64,000 nucleotides of DNA from Takakia lepidozioides. Its lineage: Eukaryota > Plantae > Bryophyta. Numbering within the stretch: the stretch's first letter is position 1; each line of letters begins with the position of its first letter. Made by a program: the position numbers and the translations under genes. The DNA is taken from assembly GCA_030704615.1 (NCBI GenBank), contig CM060733.1:63550001-63614000 (forward strand). Reading direction: 5' to 3'. This document shows, piece after piece, positions 47,761 to 60,330 of this stretch. The notes below the pieces were generated by a model. The model ran no database searches, was not told the origin of the DNA, and saw nothing but the letters and a program-made list of their open reading frames with translations.

Positions 47761-50340
47761 GGAGCACCAATTCCTGTATCACAAGAAGTATGAAGCACAC
47801 TGGAAGTTGTGTATACATCAATTTCCAGTTTGCGGAAGAGAAGGTGAGGAGTTCGCTCCTGGGTTTAAGTAGGGGTTCCTCTTTGTAGGTTTCTCCTCTA
47901 ACTTCTCTCGAGGTTCTCGTGGAGGTAATTATGTCTTGCTGGTTGCCTAGGTTTAAAGCGTGGTTAGCTTTAATTGTTGGGCCCAGGCTTACCAAGAAAC
48001 ATTTAGCCTCAGGTAACGGTTTTGAAAAAACTTCATCCCTTTTGTGCTGAATTTTCTTCCATTGGGTTTTTCTTCGTGATTTGTTTTGTTTTAAACTGAT
48101 GGTCGTTGAGGATTGTCCAGTTTCGGTCAGTTTATGTTCATCCCTCTGAGCTGTGTTCATCCACATTGGTATGTGGTCCGTTTTTAGATAGGCGGCGTTG
48201 GCGCAGTACTTGCAGCTTGGTTTAATGGCTTTGCCCTTATCGTCCGCCGTCTTTTGGCAATCCGTTGGATTGCGCCGTTGTTCCGCCTCTGTGTTATGAT
48301 CGAAGGGTAGTGGTGTATGATTACCACTGTTGGTGGGGTGATCTGGAGCGCACATCTCGGAATTTAACACAAGCAGTGACTCGTTGGCCGTTTCGTATTC
48401 GTTCACTGTTCTGTAGGGCATCTGTGCTGGCCACGGTTCACCATACGGTATACGGGGTGGTAATGTTGTCCTCCAGATAAATGGTGGTCTAGCCGTCGTG
48501 GTGCCCTGAATTCGTGTTGCCACTTGCCTTAGTACATGCTGATTCACCGTGTCGTGATTAATGTAGTAGGCATTGGTAGTTTCGCGCTCCTCATCTTCAG
48601 TTTGATCTTCCTCGTTGGCGTATAAATCATGTATAAGGGCTTTGTCATGTATTCCCTGGTAGCCTTTTAGCTTGTTAATATTAATTCGACCCACGAATTC
48701 TTGTTCCAAGGTTTGCAAATCAACAGTTCCATTGTCATGTACCCTTTTGATTTGAAATGGTCCCATCCATGGCATTTTCAATTTTCCGCCCAGTTTGATC
48801 TTCTTGATTTTTGGTAACCATAATACAATGTCCCCGTCCTGGAAAGATTTCTCTTTCCCTTCGGATATTCTTTTCCTTTGTTGTTCCTGAATTCGTGCCA
48901 TATTATCTGCGGCATCTGCTTGAACTTCTTCCAAATGGAATAACTCATATTCCCTGACTCGTAAGGATTCTTCTAAACCCCATCGTTCATGAGTCCCGGT
49001 TCGTAGTGTGGGTATCATACATTCAATAGGTAATAGTGCCTCTGCTCCATACACCAGTTGAAAATGGTGTATGCTTCGTGGTTACCTTGTATGATGTCCT
49101 GAATGCCTATAGTGTTGTGTTCAATTTGGCGTCCCAATCTGTACGATTGGCATTTACTATCTTGGTTAAGATAGTGCATAATATTTTGTTGGTAGATTCG
49201 GCCTGACCGTTTCCTTGAGGATAGTAAGCAGTACTCTTGTGATGTACAATCATGAACTCCTCCGTCAAGCATTTTATGGCATCATTTATGAAATGTGATC
49301 CCTGATCACTGACGAATTCCAGTGGGCAAACAAATCGTGTGATGATGTTTTCATATAAGAATTTGGCTGTTGATCTGGCAGTGTTGTCTCTTAGTGCCTT
49401 GGCCTCTACCCATTTGGTAGTGTAGTCAGTGGCTGTGAGGATGTATTGGTTTTGTGTGTACCTTGCTGGAGGTTTAATGGGTCCCACGAAGTCTAGCCCC
49501 TAGCGCTGAAATGGTTCTGTTGGTAGTATTGGGTGCAGAGTCCCCTTCCCCGTTCGTTCTACTGGTCCCATCCTCTGGCAGACATCACACTGTTGACAGT
49601 GTTCATAAGTATCTCCAAATATAGTAGGCCACCAGTAGCCTGCTAGTAATATTTTCTTTGCTGTCAGGTCCGAATTGAAGTGTCCACCTGCAATTCCATC
49701 GTGTAGTTCTTGCATTACTGTTTTGGCTTGGTCTTTCTTTACACATCTTCTCATTATGGAGTCAATTCCTCTTTTGTACAGAATCCCTTTGATTAATGTG
49801 TATGGCTTGCTTTTCATTGAAAGCTTCCTCCTGTCATCTTTGGTGTAACCTTCAGGAAATTTCCCTGTGTTCAGATAGTATTTGATTGGCCATTGCCAAT
49901 CATCTTGATCTTGATCTTGAATATCTTCTGATTCTTCTTTGGTGACTGTATAAGCTCCAATACTGATATTGGCCAATTCTTGATTGTTTGTTTCTTTGTT
50001 TTCCTTGTCATCTTCTTCTTGTGGATCTGGCTCTTCTTCAATAATAAGTCCTTCATCAAGAGGTTCATCTTCATCGGATGAATCTTCATCTTCATCCGTG
50101 TCGTCCATGAGTTTGAGAGCATTTGGAAGGTCATAGTCTCCTTGAAACATTCCCAAAGCATTTATAGGATCTGTCTCTTCATCTGGTGCTTCTGGTTGAA
50201 CAGCAAACAGAAATGCATCGGGAAGTTGATCCTCTACCCCCGTGGCTGGTTCTCCTGTAGTAATCCTTGACAGATGATCTGCTGTAACATATAATCTCCC
50301 TGGTTTATGAACAACTTCAAAGTCATACTCATGAAGAAGT
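47761..50340 (-). mobile_element. Ty3/gypsy family C pol fragment (RH end, acidic linker, integrase, long C-terminal extension)
   Basis: [55 protein letters not shown]; stop and frameshifts. Confidence 0.88.
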
Positions 50341-50678
50341 AACAGGCCAGGGTATTCCATGACTGGAATTCCCAGTTACTAACTGTGCATGATGGGATGC
50401 ACAAGATACAAATTACCACTAAGAAATCTAGTAGATTACCTGCTATGAGAAGACCTCGAGGGGTCAGGGAGTATGACTGGAGGGGAGGACTGGAGGGAAG
50501 GACTGGATGAGGAGCAGGAAGCTACCCTGTTCGCGGCACACCCAGAGTGGGAGCAGGTTGCAGAGATGCAGCTGGAAGGCCTAAGTTGTTTAAAAGGTAT
50601 GTGCTGTGGTGTGGTGACAGCAACACCAATTGAAGGTGAAACAAGCAGTTACATTTCTATGAAGAAAGAGAAGGAGAA

Positions 50679-53567
50679 ATGGAAATCCTAGAGGAACCAG
50701 CCACTGTGAGTTTACAGGATGAAGTGGTGACTGGTTGGACAATCACAGCTGATGAGCAGGTGAGAGAAGTGAATGTGGGAACTGAAGAGGAACCGAGGAT
50801 GGTGAAGGTAGGGGCTGATTTGGAGCCTGAATTCTTTGAGGAAGCTAAGAGTTTGTTCATCAAATACAGAGATGTATTTGCTTGGAGCTACAAGGATCTA
50901 AAAGGGATACCACCTGAGATCTGTCAGCATAAGATTGAACTGGAACCAGGGTCAGTACCAATCAAACAGGCAAGGTACAGAATGAATCCCAACTATGCAC
51001 AGAAGGTTGGAGAAGAGATCAAAAAGTTGGCTGAGGCTAAGTTTATATACCCGATAGAGTATACAACTTGGTTGTCACCCATTGTGATAGTTCCCAAGAA
51101 GAATGGTAAACTGAGAGTTTGTGTGAACTATAAGAAGTTGAATGCTTGCACGAAGAAAGATCCTTTCCCTTTGCCATTCACAGAAGCGGTATTGGACACT
51201 GTGGCAGGCCATGAGATGTACTCATTCATGGATGGCTTCAGTGGTTATAATCAAGTGCAAGTGGCAGAAGAAGACCAGGGAAAGACAGCTTTCATCACAG
51301 ACTGGGGTGCTTATGCATACAAAGTCATGCCTTTTGGACTTTGTAATGCACCAGCAACCTTTCATAGAGTAATAAGTGAATCTTTTCATGAGTATCTGGA
51401 TGATTTCATGCAGGTGTTCTTGGATGATTTTAGTGTGTACAGCTCTAAGAATGAGCACTTGCATAAATTGGAGTTATATTTGGCCAGATGCAGGATGAGA
51501 GGTCTGGGCCTGAATCCAGAGAAGTGTACTTTCTGTGTGAACTCAGGGGTGCTTTTGGGTCACATTGTGTATAAGAGGGGACTTCTTGTGGATCCCAGGA
51601 AGACAGAGGCCATTAAAGCCTCTCCACCACTAGTAAATGTTAAGAGTCTAAGGAGATTACTTGGACAAACCAGTTATTACAGAAGATTTGTCAAAAGGTA
51701 TGCACAGATAGCAGCACCATTGAGCAAGCTTCTGAAGAAAGATGCAGTGTTTGCATGGACAACTGAATGTCAACAGGCTTTTGAGGAACTTACATTGTCT
51801 GTAACAACTACACCTGTGTTGATTAACCCTCACTGGCATGTAGTATTTCATGTTCACTGTGATGCCTCAGGAGAAGCGTTGGGAGCGGTGTTAGCCCAAA
51901 ATGTTACAGGAAATATAGATTCACCTGTGTACTATGCTAGCAGGTTGATGAACAGTGCTGAAATGAACTATAGCACAACGGAAAGAGAAGCACTGGCAAT
52001 GATTTATGCAGTCAAGAAATTCAGGCATTACCTATTGGGAAGAAAGTTTATGTTTTATGTGGATCACCAGGCTCTGATATATCTGGTGAACAAACTTTTG
52101 ATAAGTGGAAGGATAGCAAGGTGGTTAATAATCTTGCACAAGTTTGAGTTCGAAGTTGTTTACAAGCCTGGCCGTTTGCATCTTGTGGCAGATCATTTGT
52201 CACGCCTAACAACAGGAGAGCCCGCCACAGGAGTAGACGACCAATTACCTGCTGCGAGTTTATTTGCAATGGAGGTGCAAGGAAGTGCAGATGAATGGTT
52301 AGATTGGCAGTGGCCAATCAGATACTACCTTACTCATGGTCACTGCCCACCTAGTTATGGTAAGGAGCAGAGGAAGAGAATCGCTATCAAGGCTTTACCT
52401 TATACTATGGTAGGGGGCAGAATGTATAAGCTAGGACCTGATGGAGTACTTAAACGATGTTTGTACCACCATGAAGTAAATAAAGTTTTGGAGGAAGTTC
52501 ATAAAGGAGTGGCTGGAGGTCATTTTGGAGAAGAGACTACCAGTAGGAAGATACTACTTGCAGGTTATTGGTGGCCTACTTTGTTCAAAGATGTACACAA
52601 GTATTGTCAGAGTTGTGATGAATGTCAGAGGCTAGGACCTTTGCAGAGATCTGGGAAGATGGCTTTGCATCCTACGATGCCTACTGAACCATTGCAGAAA
52701 TGGGGACTAGACTTTGTTGGACCAATTAACCCACCGGCCAAGAATACACAGAACAAGTACATAATTACAGCCACTGATTATACTACGAAGTGGGTGGAAG
52801 CCAAAGCTCTGAGGGACAACACAGCCAAGTCCACAGCAAGGTTCTTGTATGAGAACATACTTACACGATTTGGCTGTCCCTTGGAATTTATCAGTGACCA
52901 GGGAAGTCACTTCATTAATGAGACCATTGAACTATTGACTAAAGAGTTCATGATTGTGCATAGGAAGAGTACAACGTATTACCCACAGGGTAATGGGCAG
53001 GCAGAGGCTACCAACAAAATACTATGTACTATCTTGGCTAAGATAGTCAATGCAAACAGAACGGATTGGGATACAAAGCTGCTGACAGCTTTGTGGTCAT
53101 ACAGGACTTCATATAAAGTCACCACTAAGTATACACCATTCCAATTAGTTTATGGTATAGAAGCTTTACTTCCAGTGGAATTCTTGTTACCTACCATGAG
53201 AACTGAATGGGGAAAGAGAATGGAATTGGAAGATTCAATTAAGGTCAGGAAACATGAATTATACCATGTGGAAGAAATACATGCTGATGCAGCTGATAAC
53301 ATGACCAGAATTCAGATGAAGAGGAAGGATCAGTTTGATGAAGACAAATTAAAGACTTTTAAGACGGGAGATTTGGTTCTCTGGTTGCAGAAGAAGGAGA
53401 AGATTAAAGCTTCTAAGCTTAAATCACCATGGAAGGGACCTTATGTCATACAGAAGATGTATAATAACAACACAGCCATGTTACAAACCATTAACAAAGA
53501 GATGATGGGAAGAGTCAATGCCAATAAGTTGAAGGGGTACAGTGGTATCCATGACAAACCATCGTAG
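50679..53567 (+). CDS. Family B pol: RT-RNase H-integrase (open 962 aa), non-chromovirus Ty3/gypsy
   Basis: FMDGFSGY, MPFGLCNAPATF, FLDDF, HCDAS, TTEREALA, YVDHQAL, HHCC, D-D-E, GPY; no chromodomain. From 50340 the sequence continues the protease broken at 44496. Confidence 0.95.
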   Translation: MEILEEPATVSLQDEVVTGWTITADEQVREVNVGTEEEPRMVKVGADLEPEFFEEAKSLFIKYRDVFAWSYKDLKGIPPEICQHKIELEPGSVPIKQARYRMNPNYAQKVGEEIKKLAEAKFIYPIEYTTWLSPIVIVPKKNGKLRVCVNYKKLNACTKKDPFPLPFTEAVLDTVAGHEMYSFMDGFSGYNQVQVAEEDQGKTAFITDWGAYAYKVMPFGLCNAPATFHRVISESFHEYLDDFMQVFLDDFSVYSSKNEHLHKLELYLARCRMRGLGLNPEKCTFCVNSGVLLGHIVYKRGLLVDPRKTEAIKASPPLVNVKSLRRLLGQTSYYRRFVKRYAQIAAPLSKLLKKDAVFAWTTECQQAFEELTLSVTTTPVLINPHWHVVFHVHCDASGEALGAVLAQNVTGNIDSPVYYASRLMNSAEMNYSTTEREALAMIYAVKKFRHYLLGRKFMFYVDHQALIYLVNKLLISGRIARWLIILHKFEFEVVYKPGRLHLVADHLSRLTTGEPATGVDDQLPAASLFAMEVQGSADEWLDWQWPIRYYLTHGHCPPSYGKEQRKRIAIKALPYTMVGGRMYKLGPDGVLKRCLYHHEVNKVLEEVHKGVAGGHFGEETTSRKILLAGYWWPTLFKDVHKYCQSCDECQRLGPLQRSGKMALHPTMPTEPLQKWGLDFVGPINPPAKNTQNKYIITATDYTTKWVEAKALRDNTAKSTARFLYENILTRFGCPLEFISDQGSHFINETIELLTKEFMIVHRKSTTYYPQGNGQAEATNKILCTILAKIVNANRTDWDTKLLTALWSYRTSYKVTTKYTPFQLVYGIEALLPVEFLLPTMRTEWGKRMELEDSIKVRKHELYHVEEIHADAADNMTRIQMKRKDQFDEDKLKTFKTGDLVLWLQKKEKIKASKLKSPWKGPYVIQKMYNNNTAMLQTINKEMMGRVNANKLKGYSGIHDKPS

Positions 53568-54115
53568 CACAATTTGCATGTTGAAACGCAAAAGCAGTCA
53601 CGGGCTGCGCCAATGATACCAACGGAGTATGGAGCACTTGTCGCTAAGCCGAGCATATATGACCAGGGCGGGAACTATAGGTGTTCGCATACCTATCACA
53701 GCCCATCACAGCCCATCACAGCGTCACACAGCCTATCACAGCCCATCACAGTGCCATACAGCCTATCACAGCCCATACAGATTACACAGTCCATAGGTTC
53801 AGTGACAGGTGGACGCGAATTAACGTTAGAAAAATGGCCATCAAGTGAAGAAAAAGTTTGGAAGTCAAACTTGGAGAATGTGCCACGCGGAAGGGGAAGA
53901 CGGGGGCATGTTTAGAAACGGACATGTGGCGGCTAAGGTGAAGCACACCACGCTGCATCGATTGCAAAAGTGAGTTTCATCATGCAAGAGGACAAATCGG
54001 GCCGTCGAAGTACCTACCCGGTACAACAACTAATACTAATTGTGGGCCCATTAATGCATTCAGTGCCAGGGTAACGGAACCCTTTTCGAGTTCAGAAAAG
54101 AGAAACCTATGCCAC

Positions 54116-56480
54116 ATGTGCTGTCCTACTGGACATTCCAAGTGGAAATGTCCATGGAGGGGGGTGGAATTAAGGAATTATCTAAGCAGTCCACAGCCAA
54201 TCAGGAGTGAGAATTACATGCAGGTGGTTCCCTCCAAGAAACAAGAACAAGAAATAGGAAGTGTTATGAGTGGAAGAGTCGGAGTGGCTCTGAATAGCCA
54301 AGCTCTCGACGGAAGGGGCAATCAAAGCACTAGCCTGGTAGCTATGGCAGATGTAATCGATTACACACTCGCTTTACTTCTCACGCAGTGGCGCAAGGAC
54401 GGACGCATTGAGAGTATATTTTCTCTCACTCGTTACTTGCAAGCCCCACAGGCTTACACGCACTTACCTATTCCATTCTGTGCCAACCGTACCTTCATGC
54501 TCTGTGCCCTGCAAGCTTTCCTTCAGCTGTTTCAAACAAAGCCTTTTTGTTTGTCTAGAATGAAGAAAGTGAGGGGAATGGAGGATATCAGGGTGAAGAG
54601 CACCATGATACTGCAGAAGCAAACAATTGCAGCACCGCAGGCAGTACAGCTGCTAAGGGAGTTGCGATTGGAGAGGCTGTTACGCAAGGACTGGTCCTTG
54701 CATCATCAGCAGTTCATGATACAATTTCTTCAGAACTTTGAGCCTCGGACGGGAGTTACTCAGGTGAGGGGAGTAGATATAGAAATTACTCCCCAGTACC
54801 TGCAGCAATTGTTTGATTTGCCATCAGGACATGTGGATGTGGATGAGCACAGGGCAAGATTGCAGATAGGGAATTTGTTCCAATAAGGGAGTTTATTTAA
54901 AACTCAAGGTTACGCTTGTACCAAAGCCGAGTACCCAGGGCTTAGGGAAGTTGGCCAAATATTGAACGTTCTGTTTGCCATGAAACAGAACCAACAGTAT
55001 TTGAGCAGGTCATTCACAAAGGAGATCCTGAAGGCTTTGAGGGGAGAGGATGTTGCTTGGGCGGAGTTAATGTACAATGGACTAGTGGACGAGATGAAGA
55101 GGTTACAGGGCATTGCTGCTAAGTCTCCGATCATTGTGTCTGGTCCAGTCATTGCCCAAATAATTCTTGATTCTTGCATACTTCATACTCGGGAACGTAA
55201 GGAGATGGGAGTGTTTGAGGCAGAAACCACTGCAATTGAAGAGCAGGGCTCTTCACACAGTGAGGGTGGACTGGCAGGGCAACACCAGTCTAAGAGACAG
55301 AGGCGGGGTATGACTATAGTGGCGGATCCACTGGCGTCACGGAAACCACACGATAATGTTTCTCAAGCTCTTGTGCAAGATGGGGCACAGCAGCACAAAG
55401 AGCTGTTATTATTGGAAGCACAGCCTTCGGAAAGGGAAGAGGAAGTCACTTTGATACCACAGCCACCACAACCAATTGACTCAGTTGTTTTAGAGGTTCC
55501 ACAGTTAGTACATGCTGTGACATCACCCCCAATTGCTCTGGAAGGAGAAAGGTTGGACATTCCCACTACAGACCAGGTCGTGGCCAAAATTGAGAAGGGT
55601 GACCTTCTCTATGAAAACTCTGGCTTGGTAAGGGAATCAGTGATTCTAGGGGTGCAGCGGTTGTCCAAGGGAAACCCTGCTGTGCATGTAATACCCACAC
55701 CTGTGACGGAGGTACCAGGGGTAGAATATCAAGACACTGCAGCACCTGTGGCGGATGAGGTAGTTTAGGAAGAAAATCTGGTGGGGCAATGGCCTGATTT
55801 GTGAGTGAGGCATCACACTGTCGAGGATCAGGAAGAACAGCAGCAAGCTCACCATGATGACCCTCAACAGGCCATGCTTATGAGTTCCATAAGCATAACA
55901 CTTAATTTGTTGGGCACTTATGTGAAATCCCATGTTCCATCTACCCAATTGGCAGCTTTGAGGGAGGAACTCAGAGAAGGAGTTTGAGGCTCGACTCGCT
56001 ACTGAGTGTGCTAACAAGGTAGATGAGGAGGTCAATCTCAAGTTACAGCAAGAGTTAGAGGACACAAAGGCTGCTTTGCAGTTGGCCAAGGGACATCTGA
56101 TTGAAGCCGGCCTCGAACAGGACCAGTTGCAACAGTTATACCAAATGCAGGTGAAGCATGAGGGCAAGTTGCAAGAAGTGAATGCACTACATACAGAGTT
56201 GCAGGCAGTACATGAGAGGATGACCATACAATGTGCTACACTCACAACTACTCTTGAGCAAACTGCATTAGAAGTTAACAGACAAGGGGAGAGATGTATG
56301 AAGGCAGAGGCAGAGATAATCGAGCAGGCAAAACTCATTGTTGATATGAAGACTACAATCTGTCGCAATGAGAATACTTTCAAGCAATACAGACAGGTTG
56401 AGGCTGACCAAGAGAGGTACATCCTGGAGTTGCAACAAACAGTCATGGTAAATAGAAATGAACTCTCTGTGGCTAACAAG
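54116..56480 (+). pseudogene. Family B 3' accessory ORF (Athila-type plant-transposon domain plus coiled coil), broken by stops and a frameshift
   Basis: QFLQNF...VRGVDIEITPQYLQQLFDLP motif; Q/E-rich heptads at 55990-56480; conserved in the copy at 57115-58080. Confidence 0.65.
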
Positions 56481-56900
56481 GCTTGAGTGTGAGCATACAA
56501 GTTATGGACCACTCTCCACATCTTTCCCTTGATCCCGGAAGACCAAAGTCGGAGCCATAGACCGTCTCTCCACACATTGTCATAGGCCTTTTTGACATCC
56601 AAGAAAAAGACAAAAGTAGGTTTCCCTTCTTTTTTCTTTCCCTGGATAATCTGGCTGAGTGTGAAGATATGATCCACGCAGCCCCTGTTTCGCCGAAAGC
56701 CAGCTTGGCCTTCATGGAAACAACCTCTGGACTCCAGATCAACCTCGAGATGAGTACTTATAACTCTGCAGAATATCTTGCCAACTGCATTAAGAAGCGT
56801 GATGCCCCGATAGTTACCTAGCTCTTCTATGTCACCTTTCTTATATAAATTGACAATGACCCCCTGCCGTCAGCGAAAGGGGGTAATTTCAGTCCTCCAT
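56480..56900 (-). mobile_element. RTE-like LINE RT N-terminal fragment
   Basis: NYRGITLLN, QAGFRRNRGCVDHIFTL, FFLDVKKAYDNVWRDGLW. Confidence 0.85.
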
Positions 56901-57114
56901 ATAAGGAAGAAAGCAAGAAAGAGAGAGACAGAGAAAGAAATCTTGAAGCCTATCATTTTCAGGTTTCCTAATTCTGACACAAGGCATTGGCTACAGTAGA
57001 CCAGCCACAAGACCAATGTACATTGACCGGATCATGTAGAAGGTGTATACATATACTACTGTATGCTGCTGCTACAGGACCTAGAACAAGATATCAAGGA
57101 TTAGTTCACCATCA

Positions 57115-60100
57115 GATGTCATGTTTGTTCACTGGGAACCTTCATGGACATACCATTCATGCTAAACAAAATGCTTAGTATCTGGCCTATTTCCCTCAAA
57201 CCTGGATACTCTGCTTTTGTACAAGTATAGCCCTGATTCTTGGAAAAGTTATTTTCTTGGAAAAGATCCACCATCTGCAATCTTGCCCTGTGCTCATCCA
57301 CACTCACTCTGTCATTTGGTAAATCAAAGAGCTGCTGCAAGTACTACGGAGTGACTTGTATATCCACACCCTTCACCTGCGTAGCTCCTGTCTTTGGCTC
57401 AAAGTTCTTGATGAACTGAATCATCAAATCTCTATGATGCAAAGACCATTCTTTGCGCAACAGTCCCTCCAACCTCAATTCCTTCAACAGCTGCACTGCC
57501 TGTGGAGTGGCAATTGTTTGCTTCTGTAGTATCATAGTGCTCTTCACCCGTAAATCCTCCATCTCTCTAATTCGCTTCATGCCGGACGAACAAGAAGGCC
57601 TTGTTTGGAATAGTTGCAAGAAGCTTTGCAACACATATAACATGAAAGTATAGTTTCCACAAAATGGAACGGGCAAATGTGTGTAAGCCTGCGGGGCTTG
57701 CAAACAGTGAGTGAGAGAGAAGGTAAGCGGGTCATGTCCGTCCTTGCGCCACTGCATAAGAAGTACAGCTAGCATGTAATCTGTAACGCTCGCCATAGCT
57801 GCTAGTCTATAGCCTATGTTGCACCCTCTTTCTCGGTAGTCGTTATGAGGAACAACACCTACCCTACCGCTCATAATTACCCGCTTTTCTTGATCTTGGT
57901 TTTTAAAAGAAACCCTGTTGGCCATTTCTCCTCCGTTGATTGGCTTACAAATAGTGGCTAGGTAATTTTCCCAAATTACCTTCCTCCGCATTTCACATAT
58001 TGCTTTTGAATGACCACTATGATCACAATATTGGCACAACCTCCTTCTAGGTATTTGTGTAAAACTTTCAATAGCCTGTTGATCCGTGTGGGTAATAGGT
58101 TGTACTCTTCCTGTGCACAATCATGAACTCCTTAATCAATAGTTCAATGGTCTCATTAATGAAATGACTCCCTTGGTCACTGATAAATTCTAAGGGGCAG
58201 CCAAATCTAACTTTATTAATTTCATGATGGTACAAGCATCTTTTCATGACTACATCTGATCCCAGCTTGTACAATTTTCCTCCTATCATAGTATATGGTA
58301 GGGCTTTAATGGCTATCCTCTTCCTTTGTTCCTTCCCATAACTAGATGGGCACTGTCCATGAGTTAGGTAATATCTGATTGGCCACTGCCAATCTAACCA
58401 GTCATTTGCTCCCACTTCCACTGCAAATAAATTACTTGCATCAGGCAGTTGATCGTCTACCCCTGTGGCGGGTTCTCCTGTTGAAAGGCGTGACAAGTGA
58501 TCTGCCACAAGATGCAAACGTCCAGGTTAGTAAACGACTTCAAATTTAAACTCATGCAGTATAATCATCCGTCTTGCTATCCTTCCACTTATCAAAAGCT
58601 TGTTCACCAAATAATTCAGAGCCTGATGATCCACATAGAACGTAAATTTCCTTCCCAGCAAATAATGCTTGAACTACTTGACTGAATAAATCATTGCCAA
58701 AGCTTCTCTTTCGGTGGTGCTATAGTTCATTTCAGCACTGTTCAACCGTCTGCTAGCATAATACACCGGTGAATCTATGTTTCCTGTGACATTTTGGGCT
58801 AACACAACTCCCAATGCTTCCCCTGAGGCATCACAATGTACATGAAATACCATATGTCAATGTGGGTTAATCAACACAGGTGTAGTTGTTACTGACAATG
58901 TAAGTTCCTCGAAGGCGTATTGGCACTCAGTTGTCCTTGCAAACCCTGCATCCTTCTTCAAGAGTTTACTCATTGGTGCAGCCATCTGTGCATACCGTCT
59001 GATAAACCTTATGTAGTAACTGGTTTGTCCAATGAACCTCCTTAAAGCCTTAACGTTACTGGTGGTGGAGAGGCTTTAATAGCCTCGGTCTTTCTAGGAT
59101 CTACAAGCAGTAATTTTTTACACACAATGTGTCCCAAAAGAATTCCTGAGTTTACACAGAAAGTACATTTTTCTGGATTCAGCCCAAGGCCTCTCATTCT
59201 GCACCTGGCCAAACATAAATCCAATTTCTGCAAGTGCTCATTCTTAGAGTTGTAAACAGTACTGAAGTCATCTAAGAACACTTGCATGAAATCATCCAAG
59301 TACTCATGGAAAGATTCACTGATCACTCTCTGGAAAGTTGTGGTCTTCTTCAGCTACTTGTACTTGGTTATACCCACTGAAGCCATCCATGAATGAGTAC
59401 ATCTCATGGTCTGCCACAGTGTCTAGCACAGCTTCTGTGAATGGCAAATGAAAATGGATCTTTCTTTGTTCAGTTTCTTATAGTTAACACAAACTCTCAG
59501 TTGCCATTCTTCTTTGGTACTATCACAATGGGTGATAGCCACGTTGTGTACTCTATCGGGTATATGAACTTAGCATCAGCCAGTTTCTTGATCTCCTCTC
59601 CCACCTTCTGTGCATAATTAGGATTCATTTTGTACCGTGCTTGCTTAACTGGTACAGAATCAGGTTCCAACTCACTCTTATGTTGACAAATCTCAATTGG
59701 TATCCCTTTCAAGTCTTCATAACTCCATGCAAATACATCCTTGTATTTTACGAACAAACTCTTGGCTTCCTCAAAGAATTCAGGTTCCAAGTCTGCTCCT
59801 ATTTTAACCATTCTTGGTTCTTCCTCAGTTCCCACATTCACTTCTCTCACATGCTCTTCAGCTGTGATTGTCCATCCAGCCACTATTTCATCCTACAAAC
59901 TAACAGTGGCTGGTTCCTCTAGGATTTCTATTTCTCCCTCTCTTTATTCATAGAAATGTGGTGGGCAACTGCTTGTTTCTCCCTCTATTGGTGTTGCTGT
60001 TACTGCACCACAGCATATACCTTTGAAACAACTCATACCTCCCAGTTGCATTTCTGCAACCTGCTCCCACCCTGGGTGTGTAGCAAACAGGGTAGCCTCC

Positions 60101-60330
60101 TGCTCTTCATCAAGTCCTCCCCTCTAGTCATACTCCCTGATTCCACGATGTCTTCTGGTAGTAGGTAGTCTACTTGGTTTCTTAGTTCTGTATTTTGTGC
60201 TTATCCTTGCGCACAGTTAGAATCTGAGTATTCCAGTCATGGAATACCTTGGCCTGTTTCAGCCATGGTTGTCCTAACAATAAGGAATAAGCTTCCATGA
60301 CATCTTCCATTTTCAATACAGTTCATTTTG
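57115..60330 (-). mobile_element. Degenerate, internally deleted family B-related copy (protease end to RT, RH, INT and accessory ORF)
   Basis: Collinear with 44440-44496 plus 50340-55000, with many stops and deletions. Confidence 0.9.

Noticed and set aside
55646-56677. 343-aa ORF as a real protein
   Set aside because: Chimera of about 65 aa of LINE RT read into the antisense strand of the gypsy accessory ORF.
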